DNA of 64,000 nucleotides from Patescibacteria group bacterium (GCA_041651155.1 JBAZJU010000005.1:2653-66652), one strand, 5' to 3'; positions 29,301 to 37,552 are shown, counted from the stretch's first letter. Notes: generated by a model from the sequence alone, not told the origin. Numbers and translations: made by a program.

Positions 29301-31422
29301 CGCGCAAACGCCTCATGTTTGTTTGGCGCAAAACCACAGCCCCTGGACTGATTTGACTTCCCTGGTTGGCTTTACCCTGGATAATGGCTGGCAAAAATAC
29401 GAGGTTGAACTCACCCCGTCTGCGACAGACTCAAACGGCCGTTTGCTTTTCTATCTGGGTGATAATAGTGACGGTATTTACTTTGATGATGTTAAATTAA
29501 AAGAAATCCAGCCCACTAAAATTTCCGATTCCACGCCTGAATTTAGCGCGATTTATGATGATGCTGACTCTGGCGATTATGCGACTGATTATCAGATACA
29601 GGTGATTAAATACGATGGCGATTGGGACGAGCCGTTATGGGACAGCGGCCAAACTGCGCTGACAAGTTCTGTTTTGGAAGGGGACAGGACAGAAGATATT
29701 TCTTATGGCGGCGCTGCTTTACCTCTCAATGGCATGAAATATTTTTGGCGCATTAAACTTTGGGACGACGATGACAATGAGGGCTCGTGGACAAATGGCA
29801 AGGATTATTTCGTAATGCAGGGAAAACGCATACAGGATTTGGCGTATACTTACGACAATGTGGGAAATATAGCCCAAATTATTGATGAATCGGAAACCAA
29901 CACGAAAAAGAAATCAGTGTTTGAATATGATGATTTGTATCGTTTAACCTCTGCAACCATTTCAGATAGTTTCAGCGATTATACCCAGACTTATGCTTAT
30001 GATTCCTTGGGTAATTTTACCAATAGGTCTGGTTTGGGAAATTATGCTTATGAAGGGAATACAGGAACTTCCTTTGCCAATCCGCATGCGGTTACCACTA
30101 TAAACAGCGCTGCAAATCTGGACTATGATAATAACGGAAACTTGACCAATTTGCACCTTGGAAGTTTTGTTTTAATCGGTGCGGATTATGATTATAATAA
30201 CAGGATAATTGAAACCTTGAGGCCAAATAGTCAGACCAGTACTTATAAATATGATCACTCAGGCCAGAGAATAGAGCAGAATATCAGCTCTGGCGCAAAA
30301 GTAACTGTTTATCCTAATAAGTATTATGAAAAGACGACTGAAGGGGAAACCGTAAGTGAAACATTGAATATCTATTCTCATGATCAGCTAATTGGCACAG
30401 TGCAAGCTTCTGGAAGCAGTTTTAATCTGTATTTTGTACATCCTGATCATTTAAATAGTTCATCGGTAATGACCAACTATGATGAAACGGGAAGTGTGGA
30501 TCAGGTGATTGATTATACGCCTTTTGGAGGTTTGCGATTTAATGAACAGAATTCTAGTCAAGATATTGAGAGAAAATTCACAGGGCATATAGCGGACGAC
30601 AGTACTACTTTGCAGTACTTTGGGGCAAGGTATTATCAAGGGGATGTGGGACGTTTTTGGAGTGAGGACCCTGTGTTTTTGGATATTGGAAATTCAGGCT
30701 CCAAGAAAGTTTGGGGCGAGAGTCTGGCTAATCCTCAAGGGTTGAATTCTTACAGCTATGTATTAAATAATCCATTAAGGTTAATAGACCCATTGGGCTT
30801 ACGGCCATTATCAGAGCATGAAACAGCAGTTGCTATGCAAATGCAAAGTTTATGGAGTTCAGGGGCAAGTAGCGGTTCATCAGGAGCAGATGTTTTTAGA
30901 ACCGCATATAATACATATGTTAATACTATTCAAGCTTTGCCTGAAGGCGGAGATCCTCAGAACTTTACCATTACAAATGACGCAATGTTTAAGTGGTATG
31001 ATAATCAAATGGGCTATACCGATTGGTCATATGGGGCTAAGATTAAAAGTGATTATTATACTTCGATATCTAAAAATTGGAAATGTAATTATTTTGTAGC
31101 TGAGACACTTAAGGATTCAGTGGGATATAAAAATAATATGCATACCGATTGGTTAGATATTACTAGACGTCCACCTTTAGCCACTGACTGGGTTCATAAT
31201 AATGTTAGCGGTTTTAGTTCGGTTCAAACTCCTGGAATGGGAGATGTGATTTCTTTTGATAATGAAGATGGCAGTTATCACGCTGGCATTTATTTTGGAA
31301 GTAATTTATACATTTCAGCCACTGCTACAGCTGAATATCAAAATGGAAATGTAGCTGATGGTGTTATTATTAAACCAATACCAACTGGTCATCCAATTAA
31401 TTATAATAGATTAAATCATTAA
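23317..31422 (+). CDS. Giant secreted RHS/YD-repeat polymorphic toxin (2701 aa). Signal peptide; acidic T/P/A-rich linker; SpvB/TcB-like N-terminal domain; ~6 FG-GAP/VCBS-like repeats (DINGDGLPDIIRSQ); RHS/YD repeats; a tandem ~45-aa internal repeat; two CBM4/9-like beta-sandwich modules; RHS-associated core (RYYQGDVGRFWSEDP ... NNPLRLIDPLGL); C-terminal ~205-aa NlpC/P60- or CHAP-like (Cys...His) toxin domain.
   Basis: YD motifs YTYD/YAYD/YEYD recur through aa 900-1500 and 2170-2440. Core ends with the DPxGL boundary at 30787-30801. C-terminal domain contains WKCNYFVAETL and SYHAGIYFG. Followed 4 nt later by a TM immunity-like gene. Confidence 0.9.
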   Translation: MLNLKSKSSVFLSKLTMSALVFLFIFTSSPGLALAAEEAVSPEAPADTSASAGSTDTSTPTTDTTTPTPAEAPADQASLDGAKADTESQDQGMDTLTEEEDPENSPETKKAAENKFNLETDGSTGALIYTFPLTIPPGRNNLQPDLKLVYNNQNNDNTNIIGYGWSLNIPYIERQPKIGVNNLYDENYFTSSLSGELEDISLTDGHHGTYGSKVENGDFLNYEFNANNYWVVTDKKGTFYRFGYNSGARQDDPNDSSHAFKWMLEEVRDTNNNYIKYEYYKDAGQIYPADIKYTGYNTTDGIFEIDFLRESRNDDLASFKTGFEVTTSYRINEIQAKINGTWVKKYQLDYSSGDNGVRSMLNTITETGQDEQSNTITLPTNDFTYQTKTKSWTEDTNYIIPETFVTNSFRDFGTRILDINGDGLPDIIRSQCLYNGNSYKKVYINQGDGTGWVEDTNYTIPVCFVSSGGYDTGARLADINGDGFVDILYAYRQYDGSIYSKVYLNQNDGTGWEEDTNWSIPVDFCGGGHGSAARLSDVDGDGLVDILSSQLDYYQQIVDHVYINKGDGTGWQEDTNYTIPESFVTYSLHDMGTRIIDVNGDGLPDILRSQQGVSGNPDIRHVYINKGDGTGWAEDTNYTLPENFVTYSGYDFGVRTADINGDGLEDIIRAQDGISGYPDIRHVYINNGDGTGWTEDTNYTIPENFAVTSCFGNGTQIIDINGDDLADIIRAQDGIPGYSIPDIKEVYISNPHNADLLSQITQSRGGQSSVEYKGSPQYLDLSVNLLNPHLQKIIQTVSQIEYDDGLNNTWTESYQYADGLYYFSDYLNRKLAGFGKVTKTDGEGNVTKTYFHQGNDSDSSHGEYSDDVSKIGKVYRTESYDDSDNLYSKTINKWENYDLGNDQDFVKLTQTIASSYDGNTSHKDKAETYTYDNANGNLTEKITWGEVTGSDNGTFTDTGSDKYTTDIDYAATTGSAVIGSPSHETTIDQSSNKIKETKYYYDTLSLGSVGAGNLTKQEMWKSGTSYINAQKTYNSYGLVTEETDPRGKTTDYTYDTYNLYPASVTNALSQTSSYAYDYSSGKPTQVTDPNSRVFQTVYDALDRVKQEKQPDLTTPSTLVVKSEYTYTDNTVPTKVQQANNLDSSTSFDIYTYLDGFGRKIQERKEAEDTNTFSVKDFVYNDLGLIEKESLPYFSSGSSRTTATTDTSLYTNYTYDPLQRVLTAINAVGTTSNTYDDWKLTITDAESNVKDLYKDAYDNLIQVDEHNDSNTYSTYYEWNGLSNLTKITDSQDNVRNFTYDGLGRRLTAEDLHDTSDSYFGAWTYSYDDSGNLTSRLDPKSQTVNWTYDDLNRVLTEDYTGQTGTEITYAYDTGTDGIGRLYTATTPDVVTTYAYNALGGVKTENKNINSADYLTEYEYDRQGNQTLITYPNDIEVKYNYNTAGLLEEVEAKASGDPSYTDLVSDYDYSPLEQVAYQEDANGVKTYNTYDAAELYRLKEKITASVDEGGFEDLYNIAMAGGAGNGSKSYEITNPYEYTNSSSVSLPGITDNPVVQGLGSIVKAALAPLVIQSEPLKMASEESFTSNNPFSAAFDLGNNANTANVVKGLGLIVKAALSPTSVILNGSEESVTTPSAYSAAFDLGNNANATNDIKVEPKLDLWGKPVDYKLPKDKTIYLKYDKEAKPGELPKEAIEFLDKSGSKINSPELKSIYPQEAIDYFNSGPKSITGSLSGAGASLSKNDFHMALTGTMPNPSTNLNSESKWTTENIIYNQGFEDGFNSWTWQNNLDATRQEDCTVSYAGDCSEKAIVNTAGSFWQVQLSQILRLDQDTNYKLRFKAKASTATTFSFDAEENHSPYNLLGLWASNVAIGTDWTTYEYSFTALANDQNAKITFHLGANSATYWFDEIELIPDTFNKIKNPSFENSAAYWGFTSFGGGYGAGTNSIDCGSPVEGSCDDNVDITVTGNYWEVSLSQPTALDSTKTYELSFYARTDSPYAQTPHVCLAQNHSPWTDLTSLVGFTLDNGWQKYEVELTPSATDSNGRLLFYLGDNSDGIYFDDVKLKEIQPTKISDSTPEFSAIYDDADSGDYATDYQIQVIKYDGDWDEPLWDSGQTALTSSVLEGDRTEDISYGGAALPLNGMKYFWRIKLWDDDDNEGSWTNGKDYFVMQGKRIQDLAYTYDNVGNIAQIIDESETNTKKKSVFEYDDLYRLTSATISDSFSDYTQTYAYDSLGNFTNRSGLGNYAYEGNTGTSFANPHAVTTINSAANLDYDNNGNLTNLHLGSFVLIGADYDYNNRIIETLRPNSQTSTYKYDHSGQRIEQNISSGAKVTVYPNKYYEKTTEGETVSETLNIYSHDQLIGTVQASGSSFNLYFVHPDHLNSSSVMTNYDETGSVDQVIDYTPFGGLRFNEQNSSQDIERKFTGHIADDSTTLQYFGARYYQGDVGRFWSEDPVFLDIGNSGSKKVWGESLANPQGLNSYSYVLNNPLRLIDPLGLRPLSEHETAVAMQMQSLWSSGASSGSSGADVFRTAYNTYVNTIQALPEGGDPQNFTITNDAMFKWYDNQMGYTDWSYGAKIKSDYYTSISKNWKCNYFVAETLKDSVGYKNNMHTDWLDITRRPPLATDWVHNNVSGFSSVQTPGMGDVISFDNEDGSYHAGIYFGSNLYISATATAEYQNGNVADGVIIKPIPTGHPINYNRLNH
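27969..28265 (+). repeat. In-frame tandem duplication (~135 bp x2) inside the RHS gene, encoding GLG(S/L)IVKAAL(A/S)P...SEES.T....SAAFDLGNNAN
   Basis: Two adjacent DNA copies with ~70% identity. Encodes a duplicated 45-aa peptide between the RHS repeats and the CBM-like modules. Confidence 0.6.
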
Positions 31423-31426
31423 ATTT

Positions 31427-31960
31427 ATGAAAAGAAATAAAATGACAATAATAACGATAGTAATAGTAATTTTATTCCTTGTAATTATATGGGGTGTGTT
31501 TTATACACCTAAATATAAAGGTGCAGAGCTGAAATTTAATCAACTATGTGTCCTCGCGGAAAAAGGAGATCAAGTCTCCATCTTATGTAATAAAGATAAT
31601 AACTGGTTTGAGAAATTTATAAAACAAGGGGAAGTTTGGCAATTAGTTAACGACAAGGAAATTAATATTTCAGAGTACAAGTATTTAACTGGTCAGGAAA
31701 TTAAAAATAAAAATTTAGACAATTTATTTGTAGGTGAAGGAGGGTATGTATTTCATGAACCATTGAAAAAAATGATAAAAGATAATAATAGATATAGATT
31801 TTCTGTCGGAATAGGTTTGGAGGGATTTTCTGAAGATTTATCTGCAAGTTATATCGTGTTAAGAATTTATAAAGATTTTAAAGAATATACTTATGGATAT
31901 GAATTAAAAAATGATAAAGTAGGATCGATTATTAGCTTTTATTACAGTATCATTTATTAA
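31427..31960 (+). CDS. Candidate cognate immunity protein for the main RHS C-terminal domain (N-terminal TM anchor)
   Basis: Starts 4 nt after the toxin stop. N-terminal hydrophobic helix IITIVIVILFLVIIWGVF. No family recognised. Confidence 0.5.
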   Translation: MKRNKMTIITIVIVILFLVIIWGVFYTPKYKGAELKFNQLCVLAEKGDQVSILCNKDNNWFEKFIKQGEVWQLVNDKEINISEYKYLTGQEIKNKNLDNLFVGEGGYVFHEPLKKMIKDNNRYRFSVGIGLEGFSEDLSASYIVLRIYKDFKEYTYGYELKNDKVGSIISFYYSIIY

Positions 31961-32018
31961 TTATGTCAGGTACTATTTTTGTTCATTGAAATCATTTTAA
32001 TAAGAGGATTATTTTATT

Positions 32019-33572
32019 ATGCAGGGCAAAAGAATTCAGGATTTGAGTTACACTTATGATAATGTGGGAAATATCACTCAAATAATTGATGAATCAGAAA
32101 CTAACACAAAAAAGAAATCAGTGTTTGAATATGATGATCTTTACAGATTAACTTCAGCAACCATATCGGATAGTTATAATGATTATACGCGAACTTACAG
32201 TTATGACTCGTTGGGGAACTTTGATAGCACAGATTTAGGGACTTATTCTTATGAAGGAAATACCGGGACGAGTTATGCCAATCCGCATGCTGTAACTGGA
32301 ATTGGTTCAGCCGCTGATTTGGAATATGACAACAACGGAAACTTGACCAATTTGCATATTGGAAGTTTTGTTTTAATCGGCGCGGATTATGATTATAACA
32401 ATAGGATAACTGAAACTTTAAGGCCTAATAGTCAGACAAGTACTTATAAGTATGATCACACAGGAGAAAGGATAGGGCAAGATACGGGGACAAAGGATAC
32501 AATTTATGCGAATAAGTATTTTGAAGAAACAACTGAAGGAGCGAATACGTCCGATACCATGAATATCTACGCCCAGGGTCAACTGCTTGGTACTGCAGAA
32601 TCAGATGGCGAATCATTCAATCTTCATCTTGTTCATGGCGATCATTTGAATTCGTCTTCAGTTATGACTGATTTTGACACAAATGCGGCAGTGGATCAGG
32701 TGATTGATTACTATCCTTTCGGGGGAATAAGGTTCAATGAACAAAACAGTACGACTGACCAGGGACGTAAATTTACTGGCAAGATAGGAGATTCATCAAC
32801 GACACTTCAATACTTTGGCGCAAGATATTATCAGGGAGATGTTGGGAGGTTTTGGTCAATTGATCCTTTATTTTTAATCGCCGGAGACAAACAGTTTAAA
32901 AATATTGCAGGATATGATTTAATCTATTATTTAAGCGAGCCTCAAAATTTAAATTCTTACAGCTATGTTACTAATAATCCTCTGAAATATGTGGATCCTT
33001 TAGGTTTGGATAAATATATTAACACCAAAGGTGAAACAGTTAAGGATACTGGTAATGGAGATAAATCTTATTACGAGCAAGACGATATTAATATGTTAAA
33101 TCAAAATGCTAGTTACATGGAACAGAATAAACTTAATTTTTCTAAATTTTATGATCAAGTTAGGTCTGGGGGCGATTGGGATTATAAGCAACAAGATAGG
33201 GAATTTTTCTTTAATGGCTCATTATATAGTAGTGAAGATTTTGGTAATTTAAATTATGGCTATTGTGGCACGGCAGGTGGATTTAGTAAGGGGTTATTAA
33301 AAGATATGGCAGGCGTAGTAAGTATAAAGACCACCAAAAATTATAGTGATTTAGTGAATTATGGTATTTTAAACAATTTCGATCAGCCAATTGATGTCAC
33401 TAATATTAATCTTGGAGTTAAGACGTATATGTCTACGCATAAAAATGACTCTACCTTTACGGCGAAAACACAGCAGTTAGTCTATCATACAACATTGCAA
33501 CCGTTATTTTTTAGAACTGTGGGCCTTGAATATATGGCTTATAGGGCTTTTCTTAATCTAATTAAAAACTAA
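32019..33572 (+). CDS. Orphan RHS core plus C-terminal-toxin cassette 1 (517 aa). Homologous to main-gene aa ~2168-2495, then a distinct ~190-aa C-terminal domain of unknown toxin family.
   Basis: MQGKRIQDLSYTYDNVGNITQIIDESETNTKKKSVFEYDDLYRLTSA is near-identical to the main gene. RYYQGDVGRFWSIDP ... NNPLKYVDPLGL boundary at 32994-33008. Homology extends ~15 nt upstream of the ATG (EDYFI), preceded by in-frame TAA TAA. Confidence 0.8.
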   Translation: MQGKRIQDLSYTYDNVGNITQIIDESETNTKKKSVFEYDDLYRLTSATISDSYNDYTRTYSYDSLGNFDSTDLGTYSYEGNTGTSYANPHAVTGIGSAADLEYDNNGNLTNLHIGSFVLIGADYDYNNRITETLRPNSQTSTYKYDHTGERIGQDTGTKDTIYANKYFEETTEGANTSDTMNIYAQGQLLGTAESDGESFNLHLVHGDHLNSSSVMTDFDTNAAVDQVIDYYPFGGIRFNEQNSTTDQGRKFTGKIGDSSTTLQYFGARYYQGDVGRFWSIDPLFLIAGDKQFKNIAGYDLIYYLSEPQNLNSYSYVTNNPLKYVDPLGLDKYINTKGETVKDTGNGDKSYYEQDDINMLNQNASYMEQNKLNFSKFYDQVRSGGDWDYKQQDREFFFNGSLYSSEDFGNLNYGYCGTAGGFSKGLLKDMAGVVSIKTTKNYSDLVNYGILNNFDQPIDVTNINLGVKTYMSTHKNDSTFTAKTQQLVYHTTLQPLFFRTVGLEYMAYRAFLNLIKN

Positions 33573-33582
33573 TATATATCTT

Positions 33583-34191
33583 ATGAAACAATTACTCTCT
33601 ATATATAAAATAATAATGTTGATTCTCATTGTAGTATTTTTACCACTCGGTCTTATTTTTGGTATAAGATGGTATATATTTGGCGACACAGAGAAAAAAT
33701 TAGATTTAACCCCATATGAGGCTACATTATTAAAAAATCAGAATGAGTTTTCAATGATTGCAAAAGATTTGCACGCAAATGGAATACACGAATTATGCAT
33801 GAAGGGAAATGATTTTAAGATAAATGGCATTGTGATGAATTTTGTCGAAAATTATTTTTATTCTCCGTCTACTCTTGGTTCGCTGAAATTAACAAAGGAA
33901 CAAGCCTTGTCAAAAATTAGTTTAACAGTAGATCAAATAGGGGATTATAAAAATTTTTTTAATTCTTATGTATTTTTAAAATGTATTAAAGAGGACTTAA
34001 ATCTTAAAATCGGTAAAGAGTACTCTCTGATATTTGAGGTAAATAATTATAAGGGTTTTACTTATATTTCTGATGGTTCAATTACGCAAAATTTTAGACA
34101 AGATATTTTTGATAAAAAATATAATAAACTTGATAGGATTGATGGAACTAATTGGTACGAATTTACATACAAAAATAAATATGGGATATAG
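33583..34191 (+). CDS. Candidate immunity protein 2 (N-terminal TM, 202 aa)
   Basis: Immediately downstream of cassette 1. Hydrophobic N-terminus. Confidence 0.5.
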   Translation: MKQLLSIYKIIMLILIVVFLPLGLIFGIRWYIFGDTEKKLDLTPYEATLLKNQNEFSMIAKDLHANGIHELCMKGNDFKINGIVMNFVENYFYSPSTLGSLKLTKEQALSKISLTVDQIGDYKNFFNSYVFLKCIKEDLNLKIGKEYSLIFEVNNYKGFTYISDGSITQNFRQDIFDKKYNKLDRIDGTNWYEFTYKNKYGI

Positions 34192-35473
34192 AAATGATAC
34201 TGCCACTTCCTTTGCCAACCCGCATGCGGTTACCACTATAAACAGCTCTGCAAATCTGGACTATGATAATAACGGAAACTTGACCAATTTGCATATTGGA
34301 AGTCTTGTCCTGATTGGGGCTGACTATGATTATAATAACAGGATAATTGAGACATTGAGGCCAAATAGTCAGACAAGTACTTATAAGTACGATCACACAG
34401 GAGAAAGGATAGAGCAAGATACGGGGACAAAGGATACAATTTATGCGAATAAGTATTTTGAAGAAACAACTGAAGGATCAAGTACGATTGATACCATGAA
34501 TATTTACGCGCAAGGGCAGCTTTTAGGTACGGCTACGTCTGATGGAAGCAGTTTTAATCTATATTTCGTAAATTCAGACCATCTAAATTCTTCAAGCGTA
34601 ATGACTAACCTTGATGAAACTGGATCAATAGACCAGGTAATAGATTATTATCCGTTTGGTAGTATCAGGTTTAATGAACAAAACAGTGCGACTGACCAGG
34701 AACGTAAATTCACTGGCAAGATTGGAGATTCATCAACCACACTCCAATACTTTGGTGCACGTTATTACCAGGGGGATGTGGGGAGGTTTTGGACAGAGGA
34801 TCATGTTTTCCAGGAAATTGGAGGTGAAAAATTTTACAAATTAGTGGATAATAGTTATCAGGGTGAAAAAGATAAAAAGAAAAAACTGCTTGAAAAAGTA
34901 ATTTCTAACCCGCAGGGTTTGAATAGTTATTCGTACGGTAAAAATAATCCAATGAATAGGATTGATCCGACTGGAAACATGGATGTGCATACAGAAAATG
35001 CAACACCCGAACAAGTTAAACAATTTAACGAGGCTTTAGCTCAGTTACAAGTAAATGCTGCTAACAATCAGGATATGCAGAATTATTTTAAAATGTTCGG
35101 AGTTGATATTAATGAAGAATTGAAAAATAATGGTAAGGGGGTTGACGTATATATAGGTAGAGAAAATAAGACAGGCTTTGATTCCAAAAGTAATTATTCG
35201 AACTTTTGGTTCTTTAATTCTATAGATATTTTTTCTAATGCATTTACAGATACAAATAATATCCAACATGCATTAATGCACGAAATGGGACTTTGGGCCA
35301 ATGATGTAGGATCTTGGTGGGGTAATTTAAATCCCGATGCGAGTTCATACAAGAATGCAAATAATAAATTAAATACTTATATAAAAGACATTCCTAGACT
35401 TGAATTGACAATTGGATTTGAAAATATTTATGGATTTATGTCCGAGATTATTACATTCGGCGATATTAGATAA
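34181..35473 (+). CDS. Orphan RHS cassette 2, 5'-truncated (homology begins at ...NDTATSFANPHAVTT). C-terminal domain related to cassette 3 but with HExxH degraded to HEMGL; likely decaying or inactive.
   Basis: Core motifs RYYQGDVGRFWTEDH and NNPMNRIDPTGN. Motif at 35279-35293 reads HEMGL where cassette 3 has HELGH. Start is ambiguous: ORF-track start 34073 overlaps immunity gene 2, the internal ATG is at 34181, or the cassette is unexpressed. Confidence 0.65.
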   Translation: MGYRNDTATSFANPHAVTTINSSANLDYDNNGNLTNLHIGSLVLIGADYDYNNRIIETLRPNSQTSTYKYDHTGERIEQDTGTKDTIYANKYFEETTEGSSTIDTMNIYAQGQLLGTATSDGSSFNLYFVNSDHLNSSSVMTNLDETGSIDQVIDYYPFGSIRFNEQNSATDQERKFTGKIGDSSTTLQYFGARYYQGDVGRFWTEDHVFQEIGGEKFYKLVDNSYQGEKDKKKKLLEKVISNPQGLNSYSYGKNNPMNRIDPTGNMDVHTENATPEQVKQFNEALAQLQVNAANNQDMQNYFKMFGVDINEELKNNGKGVDVYIGRENKTGFDSKSNYSNFWFFNSIDIFSNAFTDTNNIQHALMHEMGLWANDVGSWWGNLNPDASSYKNANNKLNTYIKDIPRLELTIGFENIYGFMSEIITFGDIR

Positions 35474-35492
35474 ATAATTAACTAAATTTTTT

Positions 35493-35885
35493 ATGAAATT
35501 ATTAAAACATAAATTAATTTTAATTAGTGCGATCATTATAATTATAATTTTGTTGACTTTTATGTTGTCTAATTTAAAACCGTATTTAGCTTTAATTTTA
35601 GCAATTATTATAGCATTCTTGATGGTTTTGGGATTTCAGTTAAAATGGAATTCTACTATAAAAGTTTTACTTATCCTATCTATGTGTGCAGCTGTAATTT
35701 TTATAATTTTTCCTATAAAGGTTGTTTTTAGTCGGACACAGTTTTCTTTAGTTACTATTATGCCGATTTTGTATGGATTGCCCACTACGGAAGGATGGCA
35801 GAAAATTGATAATGGGGAATATTTTCCAGGTGGTTCTGTAATTAGTATCCTTGATCCAAAGTATGTAATTATTGTAAGAAAGTAA
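35493..35885 (+). CDS. Candidate immunity protein 3 (polytopic membrane protein, 130 aa)
   Basis: Three predicted TM helices. Directly follows cassette 2. Confidence 0.45.
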   Translation: MKLLKHKLILISAIIIIIILLTFMLSNLKPYLALILAIIIAFLMVLGFQLKWNSTIKVLLILSMCAAVIFIIFPIKVVFSRTQFSLVTIMPILYGLPTTEGWQKIDNGEYFPGGSVISILDPKYVIIVRK

Positions 35886-36013
35886 TTTTATATCCTAGTT
35901 ATACTTATGCCTAAAAAGATGAATTAAAGTGATATAAAAAATTTGAGGGATTGGAAAAGTAAATTAATTTTTTTTGTCCTTTGAAACCATTTTAAAACGA
36001 GGATTATTTTATT

Positions 36014-37537
36014 GTGGTCGGGAAGAGAATCCAGGATTTAAGTTATACTTATGACAATGTAGGAAATGTAACTCAAATAATTGATGAATCAGAAACTAAC
36101 ACGAAAAAGAAATCAGTGTTTGAATATGATGATTTGTATCGTTTAACCTCTGCCACCATTTCAGATAGTTACAGTGATTATACCCAGACGTATGCTTATG
36201 ATTCTCTGGGTAATTTTACCAATAGGTCTGGCTTAGGTAATTATGCTTATGAAGGGAATACTGGGACTTCCTTTGCCAACCCTCATGCGGTAACCACTAT
36301 AAACAGCGCTGCAAATCTGGACTATGATAATAACGGAAACTTGACCAATTTGCATATTGGAAGTTTTGTTTTAATCGGCGCTGATTACGATTACAACAAC
36401 AGGATAATTGAAACCTTAAGGCCTAATAATGAAACGCAAACCTACAAGTATGACCATTCTGGGCAAAGGATTGAGCAGAATATAGGTGGCGGGGGCAAAG
36501 TGATAGTATATCCAAATAAATATTACAACACGACCACTGAAGGTGAAAATGCAAAGGAAACACTTAATGTTTATGCTCATGATCAATTAGTCGGTACTGT
36601 AGAAGTTGAAGATAGCAGTATGAATTTATACTTTGTCCATCCGGATCATTTGAATTCATCTAGCGTAATGACAAATTTTGATGAGATGGGAAGTGTTGAT
36701 CAAGTTATTGATTATACGCCTTTTGGAGGCCTGAGATTTAATGAACAGAATTCAGGTCAAAATATTGAAAGAAAGTTCACGGGGCACATAGCGGACGACA
36801 GCACGACCCTCCAGTATTTTGGGGCGAGATATTATCAGGGGGATGTGGGACGCTTCTGGAGTGAGGACGCAGTTTTCCAGGAAATTGGAGGGGAAAAATT
36901 CTACAAATTAGTGGATAATAGTTACCAGGGCGAAAAAGATAAAAAGAAAAAACTGCTTGAAAAAATTATATCAAATCCGCAGGGTTTGAATAGCTATTCA
37001 TATGGAAAAAATAATCCAATGAATAGAATTGACCCTACTGGTAATATTGATAAGAAGTCGGATGGAGCAACCAAAGAACAAGTTGAACAATTTGATAAAG
37101 CTTTAGCTCAATTACAGGTAGACGTTGCTAATAATCCGGAAATTCAGACATATTTTAAGTTGTTCGGGGTAGATATTAATGAGACCTTAAAGGATAATGG
37201 GAAAGGCCCAGACGTTTATGTTTGTAAGCAAACAACTGAAAATTGGGATGGACATTATGACCCGTGGTTTAATGATATATATTTGCATCCTGCTGCTTAT
37301 GCAAACAATTCAGTGAATTATACTCTAATACATGAATTGGGGCACTGGGCGAACGATGTCGGTAAGTGGTGGGGAAATCTTAACCCATCTTTAAACAATT
37401 TTCCGCAAGTAAATTCAAAGTTGAATCAGTATTATAAAACCGATCCTGGTCTTCAAATTGATGTTGAAATTATGGATAAAGGTCCTTATGGATTTGCCGC
37501 CCCCATTATACTGTATGGCGAATACGCTCCTTATTAA
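36014..37537 (+). CDS. Orphan RHS cassette 3 (507 aa) with a C-terminal HExxH zinc-metallopeptidase-like toxin domain; apparent GTG start
   Basis: VGKRIQDLSYTYDNVGNVTQIIDESETNTKKK. Core RYYQGDVGRFWSEDA ... NNPMNRIDPTGN. HELGH at 37331-37345. Upstream ...TAA AAC GAG GAT TAT TTT ATT GTG shares the EDYFI junction with cassette 1 and the main gene. Confidence 0.75.
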   Translation: MVGKRIQDLSYTYDNVGNVTQIIDESETNTKKKSVFEYDDLYRLTSATISDSYSDYTQTYAYDSLGNFTNRSGLGNYAYEGNTGTSFANPHAVTTINSAANLDYDNNGNLTNLHIGSFVLIGADYDYNNRIIETLRPNNETQTYKYDHSGQRIEQNIGGGGKVIVYPNKYYNTTTEGENAKETLNVYAHDQLVGTVEVEDSSMNLYFVHPDHLNSSSVMTNFDEMGSVDQVIDYTPFGGLRFNEQNSGQNIERKFTGHIADDSTTLQYFGARYYQGDVGRFWSEDAVFQEIGGEKFYKLVDNSYQGEKDKKKKLLEKIISNPQGLNSYSYGKNNPMNRIDPTGNIDKKSDGATKEQVEQFDKALAQLQVDVANNPEIQTYFKLFGVDINETLKDNGKGPDVYVCKQTTENWDGHYDPWFNDIYLHPAAYANNSVNYTLIHELGHWANDVGKWWGNLNPSLNNFPQVNSKLNQYYKTDPGLQIDVEIMDKGPYGFAAPIILYGEYAPY

Positions 37538-37552
37538 TTAATTTTTATCATT

